Source of the DNA: Candidatus Doudnabacteria bacterium
Lineage (GTDB): Bacteria; Patescibacteriota; Doudnabacteria; UBA920
DNA: 64,000 nt
Direction: 5' to 3'
Assembly: GCA_963768175.1 (NCBI GenBank)
Contig: CAVYGQ010000002.1
Span: 7,270-71,269, forward strand
Part shown: in pieces, positions 30,294-40,520 of the stretch
Layout of the letters: each line of letters begins with the position of its first letter
Position numbering within the stretch: the stretch's first letter is position 1
Notes under the pieces: generated by a model
Told to the model about the DNA's origin: nothing
Seen by the model: only the letters and a program-made list of their open reading frames with translations
Database searches by the model: none
Made by a program: the position numbers and the translations under genes

Positions 30294-30903
30294 TTTCCCC
30301 AAAAACATCAGCATGAGCACACAGCCGCATGGCAGATTTTCCCGCAACTCTTTATTTGAGGTCGGCCTTTTGGTTATTATTTGTATCTTATTTGTTTGGT
30401 TTATTCTTTTGCCCAAGAAAGCGGAAGTTGATCAGAAAAATGCTGATTTGGCTAAAGTTCAAGATCAGGAAAACAAGATTGCCAGCCAGCTGACAACGTT
30501 ACAAAGCTTAATTAACAGTTTGCCGTCAAATAGCCAGAATATCGTCACTTTGGACCAAGTTATGCCGCTGGATGGTAATGCCATAAGGCTCCAGCTTTTA
30601 ATTCAAAGTCTTGCGGGGTCCGTGGGTGTGACCGTTGGTAGCCTCAATGTTTCGCCTGCTCCGGGGGGAATGATCACTGGCAATGCCGCCCTTTTGGCCA
30701 ACCCTTACGGGGTTACAAGAAGTCTTCAAACAATGAACGGCTCGCTTTATGTTATCGGAAGTTTTGGCCAGCTTCAGGCATTATTAAAAAAGTTGGAAAA
30801 TAGCGGCAGGCTGATAGACGTAGACACCATGGAAATTGGACAGGGAATAATAGGCAACCTGACTATGACTCTTACTTTTAAGGCTTATTATTTGGCCCCT
30901 TAA
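30283..30903 (+). CDS. pilO: PilO-like pilus assembly protein
   Basis: N-terminal TM and coiled coil. Position after pilN. Confidence 0.45.
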   Translation: MPINFPKNISMSTQPHGRFSRNSLFEVGLLVIICILFVWFILLPKKAEVDQKNADLAKVQDQENKIASQLTTLQSLINSLPSNSQNIVTLDQVMPLDGNAIRLQLLIQSLAGSVGVTVGSLNVSPAPGGMITGNAALLANPYGVTRSLQTMNGSLYVIGSFGQLQALLKKLENSGRLIDVDTMEIGQGIIGNLTMTLTFKAYYLAP

Positions 30904-30905
30904 AG

Positions 30906-31016
30906 TTTATCCAGCACCATTTTCCCTAACCTTTTGTACTTTTATGATTAATATTTAAATAGGCTTTAAATTTGACTGCGAGTGATTATTATTAAAAAGT
31001 GGCGCTGGATTTATGA
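30906..31016. repeat. inverted-repeat element family D (arms TTTATCCAGCACC ... GGTGCTGGATTTAT)
   Basis: Related copies at 46283-46380 (upstream of ligA), 49466-49565 (inside the GT-C CDS), and a variant at 28363-28458. Confidence 0.6.
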
Positions 31017-31111
31017 ATCTCGGAAGGATTGAGGGGCGAGGGAGAATTTGGGCTCATAAAGTAATTTTATTCGCTAATTTTTAATGGAATCATTATTTAA
31101 TTTTTAACGAG

Positions 31112-31420
31112 ATGAACAAGAAAACAATAATCCAGCTGGTAATTATTGTCGTGGCTTTTGGGGCCGCGGGCTTGGTTTTATATAATGGGTTTTTTAACAA
31201 TAATAATGCCGCGTTGGTATCCAGCACACCCTCCCAGCCAGAAGCCGTCCAAGACATTTTGCCTTATGGCGACACGCCTTTGGATATACAGTTTAAGGAG
31301 GTTTTGATTCCGAACCGTTTCCAATATAACCAGATTAGCTATCCGCAGCTAGACCCTCAAAACGAAGTCGGCATCCCTCCAGATAGCTTAATTATTCCTG
31401 CTCCGGCCACTCCTCAATAG
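31112..31420 (+). CDS. hypothetical membrane-anchored Pro-rich protein (possible PilP-like)
   Basis: TM plus Pro-rich tail. Synteny only. Confidence 0.3.
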   Translation: MNKKTIIQLVIIVVAFGAAGLVLYNGFFNNNNAALVSSTPSQPEAVQDILPYGDTPLDIQFKEVLIPNRFQYNQISYPQLDPQNEVGIPPDSLIIPAPATPQ

Positions 31421-31491
31421 GCGTAGTAGCTGGTTTAAGCAATTGAGAAGGCCTATAAAGTGCAATAAAACAATAGGTCTATAAAAATGAT

Positions 31492-33252
31492 ATGGATACG
31501 CCAATAAAAACCAGCCCTGCTCCAGTCTCTTCTTTGGGTTTTGAGAAATTTTTGGTTGATAACGGATTTATCAAAGCCCAAATTGCCGCCCAGATTCAGG
31601 CGCTGCGGCAGAAAACCGGCCGAGATTTTGGGCAACTGTTAATAAGCCAAAAAGCTTTGGACGAAGAAGATTTAACCAAAGCCAAAGCGGCTTTTTTTAA
31701 TTTACCATACATTGATTTGCGGCAAGTACCGGTGCTGCCTCAGGTTTTGGCTTTAATCCCCATTGAATCCGTAAATTTTTATAACTTTGTGCCGTTTGAG
31801 CTTACCGGCAGGAGTTTGAAAGTAGCGATTACCGACCCGTCTAATTTATCCGCTTTGGAAGCCTTGGAATTTTTAGGCCAAAAGCAAAATTTGCAGGTTC
31901 AGTTGTATTTGGCTTCGGAAACCTCTGTAGGAGTAGTCATGGGGAAAAAGCAGAACTTAAAAAAAGTCGTGGGTGAAGCCTTAAAGGATATTCAAACCAA
32001 AGAGACCGCCTCACAAAAACCTGCCGAAGCCAGAAAGGAACAAAAGCCCAAGGTTATTGAAGAGGCGCCTATAATTAAGATCGTGGAGGTAATTTTAACC
32101 AATGCCATCGAGGCAAACGCCTCCGATATTCATATTGAGCCCTCGGAAAAAGATGTACGGGTACGCTATCGGATTGACGGTATCCTTCATACTTCGTTGA
32201 TGCTGCCCAAGAGCGTGCAGCCATCCATTGCCTCCAGAATCAAAATTTTGTCCAATTTAAAAATTGACGAATCCCGTCTGCCCCAAGACGGGCGGTTTCA
32301 TATGGAAGCCGGGAAAAAATCCGTGGATTTGCGCGTTTCCATTTTGCCTCTTATTTACGGCGAAAAAATTGTCATGCGTATTTTGGATAAAACCACCAAG
32401 GCCCCGACCTTAGACCAGCTTGGTGTGCGCGGCAGGGCTTTGTCCTGGATCAATGAAAATCTTAAAAAGAACCACGGCATTTTTTTAATCACCGGACCCA
32501 CCGGCTCAGGTAAGTCCACCACGCTGTATTCAGTTTTATCCATTCTTAATACCACCTCGGTTAATATTGTTACTCTGGAAGACCCGGTGGAATATTTTAT
32601 CGAAGGAGTCAACCAAAGCCAAATTAATCCGGACATTGGCCTGACTTTTGCTTCCGGCCTTAGGAGTGTTTTGCGCCAAGATCCTAATATAATTATGGTT
32701 GGTGAAATTCGTGACAAAGAAACGGCGGAATTGGCCGTGCAGGCGGCTTTAACAGGCCATCTGGTCTTTTCCACTCTGCATACTAACAACGCCATCGGTG
32801 CCATTCCCCGTTTAATAGATATGGGCATGGAACCTTTCCTGCTGGTGGCTTCAATAAATGTGGTTGCCGCCCAGCGCCTGATCAGGAAAATTTGCCCGGA
32901 TTGCCGCAAGGAGGTGGTTTTAACTAAAGCCGTGGAAGAAGAAATCAGGAAAGAAATTACCGGAGTCCCAGACGATTATTTTGAAGGTTTGGATAAAAGA
33001 AACTTGAAAATTTATAAGGGGGACGGTTGTGAGAAGTGCGGGCATACTGGCTACGTCGGTCGTATGGGGATATTTGAAGTTCTGCCTACCACCACGGAAA
33101 TTCAAGATTTAATTTTGGGGAGAAATACCGCCCACAGAATTTATGAAGAGGCGCAAAAAATCGGCATGGTTAGTTTAAAACAGGATGGCATTATTAAAGC
33201 TTTACGCGGCGATACCACCATGGAAGAGGTTATTAGGGTAACAACGGAGTAA
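31492..33252 (+). CDS. pilB: type IV pilus assembly ATPase PilB (GspE family)
   Basis: N-terminal GSPII_E_N, Walker A GPTGSGKSTTLYS, Asp and His boxes, C-terminal tetracysteine CPDC...CEKC. Confidence 0.9.
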   Translation: MDTPIKTSPAPVSSLGFEKFLVDNGFIKAQIAAQIQALRQKTGRDFGQLLISQKALDEEDLTKAKAAFFNLPYIDLRQVPVLPQVLALIPIESVNFYNFVPFELTGRSLKVAITDPSNLSALEALEFLGQKQNLQVQLYLASETSVGVVMGKKQNLKKVVGEALKDIQTKETASQKPAEARKEQKPKVIEEAPIIKIVEVILTNAIEANASDIHIEPSEKDVRVRYRIDGILHTSLMLPKSVQPSIASRIKILSNLKIDESRLPQDGRFHMEAGKKSVDLRVSILPLIYGEKIVMRILDKTTKAPTLDQLGVRGRALSWINENLKKNHGIFLITGPTGSGKSTTLYSVLSILNTTSVNIVTLEDPVEYFIEGVNQSQINPDIGLTFASGLRSVLRQDPNIIMVGEIRDKETAELAVQAALTGHLVFSTLHTNNAIGAIPRLIDMGMEPFLLVASINVVAAQRLIRKICPDCRKEVVLTKAVEEEIRKEITGVPDDYFEGLDKRNLKIYKGDGCEKCGHTGYVGRMGIFEVLPTTTEIQDLILGRNTAHRIYEEAQKIGMVSLKQDGIIKALRGDTTMEEVIRVTTE

Positions 33253-33345
33253 TGACAAAAATGACAAAAACGACGGAAATTAAAAAAATTACTGCATCAA
33301 TATTTTTGTCATTTTTATTATTTTTTTAATTTTTGTCATTTGCTT
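33251..33345. repeat. pil-cluster inverted-repeat element family C (arms ATGACAAAAATGACAAAAA / TTTTTGTCATTTTTATTAT), copy 1 of at least 5
   Basis: Related copies at 33790-33885, 36263-36360, 37485-37580 and 40525-40595 (partial). Each ends a few nt upstream of, or overlapping, the next start codon. Confidence 0.7.
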
Positions 33346-33347
33346 TT

Positions 33348-33773
33348 ATGGCTTATATTTTTAAACAAAAACTTAATTTAACCGATTTGGCTGGTTTAAC
33401 TATCCTTCCAAAAAGAATTTTAATTTATGAACCGGAAATCTACCTGGCCGCACTCTATGCCCATTATTTGCGCCAGCATAATTTTGACATAAGGAATTGT
33501 TTTAACTTGGATAAAGTCAATGGAATGATAATAAGTTTTCAGCCCCATCTTTTAATTTTTTGTACCGATGGGTTAAAGGCTCCTTTTAAAGCTCCTGGCT
33601 TAATTTTAGCCTTAAGCCGTAAATTTCCGAACCTGAGTTTTTTGACCATTGCGCGCGAATTGAGCCACCAAGGCACAAAGGACTTAATGGATGCCGGGGT
33701 TTTAGGCCATTTAAACCGCAGTTTAAGCCGGCCCCAGGATGTTGTGGAGGTAGTGAAGACGTTGTTGCAATAA
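33348..33773 (+). CDS. receiver (REC)-like single-domain protein, probably a degenerate response regulator
   Basis: KRILIYEPE...LLIFCTDG...FLTIARE pattern resembles the CheY-like fold without clear acid-pocket residues. ORF opens at 33333, inside a repeat element. Confidence 0.35.
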   Translation: MAYIFKQKLNLTDLAGLTILPKRILIYEPEIYLAALYAHYLRQHNFDIRNCFNLDKVNGMIISFQPHLLIFCTDGLKAPFKAPGLILALSRKFPNLSFLTIARELSHQGTKDLMDAGVLGHLNRSLSRPQDVVEVVKTLLQ

Positions 33774-33893
33774 TAAAATTTTTCGTTTTAGCATTAATTT
33801 TTTAATGACAAAAATTAAAAAAATAATAAAAATGACAGAAATATTACTGCAGTCAATTTTTGCTCAATTTTGTCATTTTTGTCAATAACCCTT

Positions 33894-34964
33894 ATGTATA
33901 AAGCAAGCGAACTTGAATTAAATAAATTACTATCCATAGTTTTGGAGCGAGACTCCTCCGATTTACATTTAATGGTCGGAGAGCCACCGATTATTCGTGT
34001 GGATACCCAACTTATAAGGTTAGATAATTATCAGGTTTTAAGCAACGACAATATTAGCGACCTGCTTAGTGTGCTGCTTACCCCGCAGCAGAAGGAAATG
34101 TTTGAGAAGGAGTTACAGATAGATTTTTCCTATTCTTTTAAAGACAACATCCGCTTTCGTGTTAACGCCTATAAACAAAAAGGGGTTTTAGGTATTGCCT
34201 TAAGAGTTATTCCTAACCACATAAAAACTATTGAAGAACTAAATCTGCCTTCGACTTTAAGAAAATTTATAGAAAGAAAACAGGGCTTGGTGTTAATGGT
34301 TGGCCCCACGGGGCATGGTAAATCCACCGCATTAGCGGCACTGATTAATGAAATAAATACTACCAGAGCCGAACATATTTTAACTATTGAAGATCCGATA
34401 GAATTTGTGTTTACGCCGAATAAGTCCATTATATCCCAAAGAGAATTATATTTGGATACCATAACCTTTGCCGGAGCCCTGCGCTCCGCGCTTCGGGAGG
34501 ACATCAATGTTGTGCTTCTTGGCGAGATGCGCGATTTGGATTCCATTTCAGCCACTTTGACGGTTGCCGAAACCGGGCACCTTGTGTTTGGGACTTTGCA
34601 CACTAACGACGCAGGCCAGAGCATTGACCGTATTGTTGACGTTTTTCCGGCCGCCCAGCAGCCACAAATCCGCAGCCAGCTTGCCTCGGTGCTCGTAGGG
34701 GTAGTGAGTTTGCGCCTGCTTCCCAAAGTCGGCGGCGGCCGAGTGCCGGCTTATGAAATTTTGATGGCCAACCACGCTGTCAGAAACGTCATTAGGGACA
34801 ACAAAATTTATGAGATTTCAAATATTATTCACACCAGCTTGGAAGAGGGAATGGTGCCACTCGATAAAACCTTGGCACTTTTAGTTAAGCAAGGGCAGGT
34901 GGAATTTGAAGTAGCACAGAATTTTGTTACAGATAATGAGTATTTCCTCTCGTTAATATCATAA
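33894..34964 (+). CDS. pilT: twitching-motility ATPase PilT
   Basis: SDLHL, Walker A GPTGHGKST, HTNDA motif. ORF opens at 33870 inside the repeat, so ATG 33894 (MYKASEL) is preferred. Confidence 0.85.
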   Translation: MYKASELELNKLLSIVLERDSSDLHLMVGEPPIIRVDTQLIRLDNYQVLSNDNISDLLSVLLTPQQKEMFEKELQIDFSYSFKDNIRFRVNAYKQKGVLGIALRVIPNHIKTIEELNLPSTLRKFIERKQGLVLMVGPTGHGKSTALAALINEINTTRAEHILTIEDPIEFVFTPNKSIISQRELYLDTITFAGALRSALREDINVVLLGEMRDLDSISATLTVAETGHLVFGTLHTNDAGQSIDRIVDVFPAAQQPQIRSQLASVLVGVVSLRLLPKVGGGRVPAYEILMANHAVRNVIRDNKIYEISNIIHTSLEEGMVPLDKTLALLVKQGQVEFEVAQNFVTDNEYFLSLIS

Positions 34965-35052
34965 CTGACCTGAATCTACGGATGGTACCCGAATGACCCG
35001 AAAGGGGCGCAATTCGGAACATTCGGATGCATTCGGGTATTAGGGTCGCGAC

Positions 35053-36258
35053 ATGAAATTCAATTACAAAGCCAAAAACAAAGAGGGCAGTATTCAAAGC
35101 GGGGTAGTGGTCGCGGTAGACCAAAACAAGGCGGAGACCTTGCTTGGTGAAAACGGTTTGGTAATTATTTCTTTGCAAAAAGAACAAAGCGACATTTTTG
35201 CCAGAGTCAATCCGTTTGGCAAATCAGTTAAGAACAAAGAGCTGGTCTTGTTTTCCCGTCAGTTGGCTACCCTTATCTCCGCGCGCGTCCCGATTATCCA
35301 GGCTTTAAGAATACTGCAGGAGCAAATTAACGGGAAATATTTGCTTAGCATTATTGCTGATTTAATTTCCTCGGTAGAAAACGGCGATAGTTTGAGCAAT
35401 GCTATGGCCAAATATCAAAACGTCTTTGGAAACGTTTATATAAGTTTGGTAATGTCCGGAGAGGTTTCCGGTTCCCTGGATAAATCTTTAGTCTATTTGG
35501 CCGATCAGTTGGAAAAAGACTACGAGCTTAAAGGTAAGGTCAAAAGTGCAATGACTTATCCGCTATTTGTCCTTTCGGCCTTGGTTCTTATTGGAATGCT
35601 AATGTTCAAGTTAGTCTTGCCTAATTTAACTACCGTGCTGGTGGAACAAGGCGGCAGTTTGCCGACGGTTTCCGTTTGGCTAATTGCCGCTACCAACTTT
35701 TTTAACAGATTTTGGTGGTTGGTTTTAATGGTTTTGGCCGGATTAATTTTAGGCTTCAGATATTATATTTCCACTTTAGGCGGCAGGAGAAACTGGGATA
35801 TCGTAAAAATTAAGTTTCCCATAATCGGCGGCATTTTTCAGAAAATTTATCTGGCGCGATTTGCCCGGAACCTGTCGACATTAGTAATCGGCGGTATCCC
35901 GATTATGAAAGCCCTGCAGATTGTGGCCGAAGTTATTAATAATACAATTTATCGCGAGATTATTTTGGAGACAGTAACTAAAATCCAGGGCGGTAAAAGC
36001 ATCAGCGAGGGGCTGGCCGGCCATCCCGAGTTTCCGACTATTGTGACCCAAATGGTCAGTGTGGGAGAGCAGACCGCCCAGCTAGACGACATTATGGCCA
36101 AATTGGCGAATTTTTACGAAAAAGAAGTTGACAGTAACGTTTCCACCTTGACCACTCTACTGGAGCCTATAGTTATGATAATCTTAGGTATTGGTGTGGG
36201 CATACTGGTTGCGGGTATCTTATTGCCTATTTATAATATGGCCAGCACCGCAGGGTAA
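35053..36258 (+). CDS. pilC: type IV pilus platform protein PilC (two T2SS-F domains)
   Basis: Duplicated GspF-like domains, three TM segments. Confidence 0.85.
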   Translation: MKFNYKAKNKEGSIQSGVVVAVDQNKAETLLGENGLVIISLQKEQSDIFARVNPFGKSVKNKELVLFSRQLATLISARVPIIQALRILQEQINGKYLLSIIADLISSVENGDSLSNAMAKYQNVFGNVYISLVMSGEVSGSLDKSLVYLADQLEKDYELKGKVKSAMTYPLFVLSALVLIGMLMFKLVLPNLTTVLVEQGGSLPTVSVWLIAATNFFNRFWWLVLMVLAGLILGFRYYISTLGGRRNWDIVKIKFPIIGGIFQKIYLARFARNLSTLVIGGIPIMKALQIVAEVINNTIYREIILETVTKIQGGKSISEGLAGHPEFPTIVTQMVSVGEQTAQLDDIMAKLANFYEKEVDSNVSTLTTLLEPIVMIILGIGVGILVAGILLPIYNMASTAG

Positions 36259-36539
36259 GTAGCAATGACAAAATTGACAAAAATTAAATAAATGACAAAA
36301 ATAATGTACCCAATAATTTTTTAATTTTTGTTCATTCTTGTCATTCTTGTCATTATCCCTTATGTGTATAACTCTCCTTGCCTATTAATAAAAAAATGGT
36401 ATAATATAATTAACTTAAATATTATCCTTTAGTTTCTAAAAAACGCCGTGACTTAAGTTGGAGGGGACAAAGAGCTTAAGCTGGTTTTTTCCTAGCTTAA
36501 AGTTCGGCGGGGAATTAAAGGGTTATTTTTAGAATAAGA

Positions 36540-37013
36540 TTGGGGGTGAAAACATTGAGAAACAAAAACAAAGCAGGGTTTACTTTAATTGAATTATTGG
36601 TCGTTATTGCCATTATCGGTCTTTTAGCTTCTGTGGTCTTATTGGCCTTAAATGGGGCTCGAGCCAAGGCCAGGGACGCCAAGAGGTTGGCCGATATGAG
36701 GCAAATGGCGTCAGCTATGGAGCTGTACTTTAATGATATTAGCGGTTACCCGACACAAGCAGCAGGAACTTTGGGAGTTACCCAGCTTGGATGGCCACCT
36801 ATTAATCCTAATTACATAGGGCAAATTCCTACTGCCCCCAGTCCGGCAGATGGTAATTGCGTTGTCGCAGGGCAGGGTTCCAACGCGTATTTCTGGGTTT
36901 CTACTCAGAGTGTTTCCTTGACGAATACCTACCTTATTACTTTCTGTTTGGGCGCGGCAACCGGTGGTTACTCTGGCGGCCCTCATACACTTAGTCCGTC
37001 CGGTATTCAATAG
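36540..37013 (+). CDS. pilA: major type IV pilin (prepilin with class III signal); likely start TTG 36555 (MRNKNKAG|FTLIELLVV)
   Basis: Leader ending in G, followed by FTLIELLVVIAIIGLLA with the conserved Glu at mature position +5. Confidence 0.8.
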   Translation: MGVKTLRNKNKAGFTLIELLVVIAIIGLLASVVLLALNGARAKARDAKRLADMRQMASAMELYFNDISGYPTQAAGTLGVTQLGWPPINPNYIGQIPTAPSPADGNCVVAGQGSNAYFWVSTQSVSLTNTYLITFCLGAATGGYSGGPHTLSPSGIQ

Positions 37014-37086
37014 TTTAGGTTTTTTACCTTGTCCCATCCCGCCACCCTTTGGGTGGCGGGATGGGATGGTATAGATTTAAGAAAAA

Positions 37087-37485
37087 GTGAATTTTCATTT
37101 TTCAAACAAAATTAAAATTTTATTAAGCAGCCTCATAGCGGCTGTTGTTTTATTATTGGCGGTTGTTGGAGGAGTAAATAACGGCAAAAAAATCGCTCAA
37201 GCAAAAATTCTTATCCAAACTTCCAAGAGCGCGGCCTCGGCCCTACAATATTTTTATCAGGATCAAAACCGCTACCCCACGGCCACGGAGTTTGAAAATC
37301 AAAACCTTATGTTAAGCTATTTCAGTAATTTCCCTTTACCCAATTATCCATCCTCGGCCTGCAGCCAGAGCTTTGTTTATAAAAGAGCGGATCCGGCGGC
37401 TTTTAGCTTAAGTTTTTGTTTGCCGGTTGCTTCCAGTGGTTATCAGGCGGGATGGAACAATATTAATGGCTCGATGGGGAAATGA
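37087..37485 (+). CDS. hypothetical membrane-anchored protein with C-terminal Cys pair (pilin-like fold possible)
   Basis: N-terminal TM without a GFTLIE motif. Cys pair ACSQ...FCLP. Confidence 0.3.
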   Translation: MNFHFSNKIKILLSSLIAAVVLLLAVVGGVNNGKKIAQAKILIQTSKSAASALQYFYQDQNRYPTATEFENQNLMLSYFSNFPLPNYPSSACSQSFVYKRADPAAFSLSFCLPVASSGYQAGWNNINGSMGK

Positions 37486-37563
37486 CAAAAAGGACAAAAA
37501 CGACGTAAATGACTAAAATGTGACTGCGGTTTATTTTTGTCATTTTTATTATTTATTTAATTT

Positions 37564-39561
37564 TTGTCATTACTTTTTATGTTCAACCTAGAAAAATTCC
37601 GCCTCCCTTACCGCGAAGACTTAACATTCAGTTGCTTGAGTTTTTTAGTTTTTATTGTTCCTTTGGCTTTTTTTTTGCTGACTAACGAGAATTACGAAAC
37701 CGCAAAGTTTGTCCTGTTTTTAATTTTAGCCGGCTCTAGCTTAGTGGCATTTTTAAAACGGCGGGAATTGAATGAAATTTCGGTAAAATTCCAGCAGCCG
37801 TTTTTTTATTTGCTCGCCGCGATGCTTTTTTGGGCTGTTTTGTCGGCCGTTTTCTCCAGTGATGTTTTATACAGCATCTTTGGTTTTTACTACCGTTTTA
37901 CCGACGGTTTGGTTTTTTATTTTTGCCTGGCGACATTTTTAATTTTATTGGTCAATGTTTTGGACAAAGGCCGGTTGGTGTTTTTGCTGCAAATTTTAGT
38001 TTTTGATGCTTTAATTGTGGCTATTTTAGGATGCCTGCAAAGCGTCGGCATCACCTATTATGGGGGGATAACTTCCAGCGGCTTAATGCTCGGGCCCAGT
38101 TTGTTGGGCAACCCGGATTTTAGCGCCATGTTTTTGGCGGCAGTATTGCCTTTTGCCCTGGTTTTTTTTAGCAGCGCCGGGAAATTTTCCGCCAAAGTTT
38201 ATTATGGTTTGTGCGTTTTTATTATTATTTTGGCAAGCCTGGCATTCGCCAGCAGGGGGGCGCTTTTGGCCATAGCCGTAAGTCTAACTTTGGCCTTGGC
38301 CGGATTTTTGATTTTTCATCTGCAAAAAAAATTTTTTTTCGGTTTGTTGGCGATTTTGCTAGTCGGGTTGGTATTGGGCGGGGGTTTTTTAAAAGCTGTC
38401 AGGCCCGGAGCAGTAAGCACCATTTACCAATCCGTAGACGCCAACACCGTTGCCAGATTAGCGGCGTGGCAGATTTCCCTGCAGGGAATTGGCCAGCATC
38501 CGTTGTTGGGAAGCGGACTGGGAACTTATGTTTTATTTTTTGAGCACAATCGTCCGCAAAGCATGGCTACGCTAGTGGGGGTTTTTGACGATCCCCACAA
38601 TTTATTTCTACGCATGGCGGTAACCGAAGGCATCCCTTTTGTTTTAATTTTTTTCGGATTGCTCGTAGCGGCCGGCACCAGCGCGGCTAAACAACTAAAG
38701 CAGGAAAAGGACCTGTTAACTTTAGGATTTTTGGTAAGCCTGGTTGCTTGGTGCGTCGGAGTAAGCTTTAACCCGGTTCCTATCCCTATGTTTATGCTTT
38801 TGGCGGTAATACTTTCCGGACTGCTTGTGGGGCATACCGAAAGCAAAAATTTAAAGTTAAACGCAAAAATAAAATGGGCGGTTTATATTTTTGCCGGAAT
38901 TTTTATAGTTTTCGGCATTAGTTTGGCGACTTCGGAATATGTTTTTGGCTTTGCCAAAAGAGATTATCTTAATCAGGATTACGGCCAGGCTTACAACTTA
39001 AGCGTTTTGGCGGAAAAAATTAATCCAACCAACCGTTTGTATGAAATTTATCGGATAGGCGCTGAAATCGGCTTGAATAAAGACCCCCAGGGAATTGTCA
39101 AAGACATCAACCGTTTTACTCTTACCCATTCAAGCTATACGGGCACCTTTGTTGAGGCCAGTAATATGTATAATTTGCTTTATTCTTCTACTGGCGAGAA
39201 AATTTATTTATGGTCCGCCATAACCGAAATGGATATGGCTTTAAAAATAGATAAATTTTACGCCGAAAGATACGGCCAGGAAGCCTTATATTATTATGAG
39301 CTTAATGATTTAAACGCATCCAAATCCGCGGTGGTAAAAAATTTAAGTTTGGAGGACGATAATTTTGCCCCTTGGATTTTGCTGGCAAAAATTTATCAGT
39401 TGGAAGGCAATAAAGCCGCGACTGTGCAGGCGCTGTCCCGAGCCTTTAAGCTTAGGCCGGACATCCCCCAGATTGGCTATTACCTCTATTTGGCCAAAAC
39501 CCAAGCCGATATAAAAACTGTGCCGCTTCGGATTGCGCCCATGCCTCCGCATTTGGAATAG
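37564..39561 (+). CDS. O-antigen ligase (Wzy_C)-like polytopic membrane protein with C-terminal TPR repeats; candidate pilin O-glycosylation enzyme (PglL/PilO-type)
   Basis: About 12 TM helices, a large periplasmic loop, and TPR-like C-terminus (...LAKIYQLEGNKAATVQALSRAFKL...). Located directly after the pilin gene. Confidence 0.55.
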   Translation: MSLLFMFNLEKFRLPYREDLTFSCLSFLVFIVPLAFFLLTNENYETAKFVLFLILAGSSLVAFLKRRELNEISVKFQQPFFYLLAAMLFWAVLSAVFSSDVLYSIFGFYYRFTDGLVFYFCLATFLILLVNVLDKGRLVFLLQILVFDALIVAILGCLQSVGITYYGGITSSGLMLGPSLLGNPDFSAMFLAAVLPFALVFFSSAGKFSAKVYYGLCVFIIILASLAFASRGALLAIAVSLTLALAGFLIFHLQKKFFFGLLAILLVGLVLGGGFLKAVRPGAVSTIYQSVDANTVARLAAWQISLQGIGQHPLLGSGLGTYVLFFEHNRPQSMATLVGVFDDPHNLFLRMAVTEGIPFVLIFFGLLVAAGTSAAKQLKQEKDLLTLGFLVSLVAWCVGVSFNPVPIPMFMLLAVILSGLLVGHTESKNLKLNAKIKWAVYIFAGIFIVFGISLATSEYVFGFAKRDYLNQDYGQAYNLSVLAEKINPTNRLYEIYRIGAEIGLNKDPQGIVKDINRFTLTHSSYTGTFVEASNMYNLLYSSTGEKIYLWSAITEMDMALKIDKFYAERYGQEALYYYELNDLNASKSAVVKNLSLEDDNFAPWILLAKIYQLEGNKAATVQALSRAFKLRPDIPQIGYYLYLAKTQADIKTVPLRIAPMPPHLE

Positions 39562-39716
39562 GTTAAGATCTGCGTCCTTGAGGACAGTCCTCTGGCGGAA
39601 GTTAGTAATTTTGAAAACAATTGATAAATATCGGATTATTATTTATTAAACAACATCAAATTAGGCCAGAGGACTGTCCTCAACGATTAACCGCTCAAGT
39701 CCTATAAATAAAATTT

Positions 39717-40520
39717 ATGGAATTATTTTTTATCATCTTGACATTTTGTTTCGGCGCCGTAATCGGCAGCTTTCTTAATGTGGTAATTTTACGTTTGCCC
39801 GAGAACCAGACTATAACCGGCCGTTCCCATTGCCCCAAATGTCGGCACACGCTGGGAGCCTTGGATTTAGTTCCTCTTTTTAGCTTTATTTTTTTAAAAG
39901 GCCGCTGCCGGTTCTGTAAAACAAAGATTTCTCCCCGTTATTTTATTTTGGAATCAGTTACCGGTTTGCTGTTCGCCGCGGCTTTTTACTATTTAAACCC
40001 CGTGACTATTGCCTCCGCCGTCCTGCTGTTAAAATATTGGCTGATTTTGGCGGCCTTGGTGGCGGTATTTGTGATTGATTTGGAGCACTTCTTAATTTTG
40101 GACGCGGTTTTGGTTCCGGCCTCCGGCGCAATAGTTTTTTTAAGCATTATTTTGGATGTTTGCTTAAAAGTAAACATATTTTCCCCGCATAGTAATTTTA
40201 TTTCCGGTCTGTTGGCAGCCGCCGTTTTATGGTTATTGTTTTTTTTGGTCTGGTTCTTTTCCAAAGGCCTGTGGCTGGGTTTTGGCGATGTCAAACTGGC
40301 CATTTTGCTGGGCTTAGCTTTGGGTTGGCCATTGATTTTAGTCGGTTTTATGCTGGCGGTAATTTTGGGCGGGGCAGTTTCGGCTTTTTTGCTGGGCTTT
40401 AAACGCAAGACTTTAAAAACTCAAATTCCTTTTGGAACTTTTTTGGCTTTGGGTACGGTTTTTGCTTTGTTTTATGGGGATAAATTGCTTAGTTGGTATT
40501 TGGCAATTTTAGGCTTTTAA
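39717..40520 (+). CDS. pilD: prepilin peptidase (A24 family)
   Basis: N-terminal zinc-binding CPKC...CRFC, the two catalytic Asp regions, and a polytopic membrane domain. Confidence 0.85.
   Translation: MELFFIILTFCFGAVIGSFLNVVILRLPENQTITGRSHCPKCRHTLGALDLVPLFSFIFLKGRCRFCKTKISPRYFILESVTGLLFAAAFYYLNPVTIASAVLLLKYWLILAALVAVFVIDLEHFLILDAVLVPASGAIVFLSIILDVCLKVNIFSPHSNFISGLLAAAVLWLLFFLVWFFSKGLWLGFGDVKLAILLGLALGWPLILVGFMLAVILGGAVSAFLLGFKRKTLKTQIPFGTFLALGTVFALFYGDKLLSWYLAILGF

Noticed and set aside
38211-38543. 110-aa plus-strand ORF inside the Wzy-like gene
   Set aside because: It is in an alternate frame of a polytopic membrane-protein gene and has Arg-rich junk composition.
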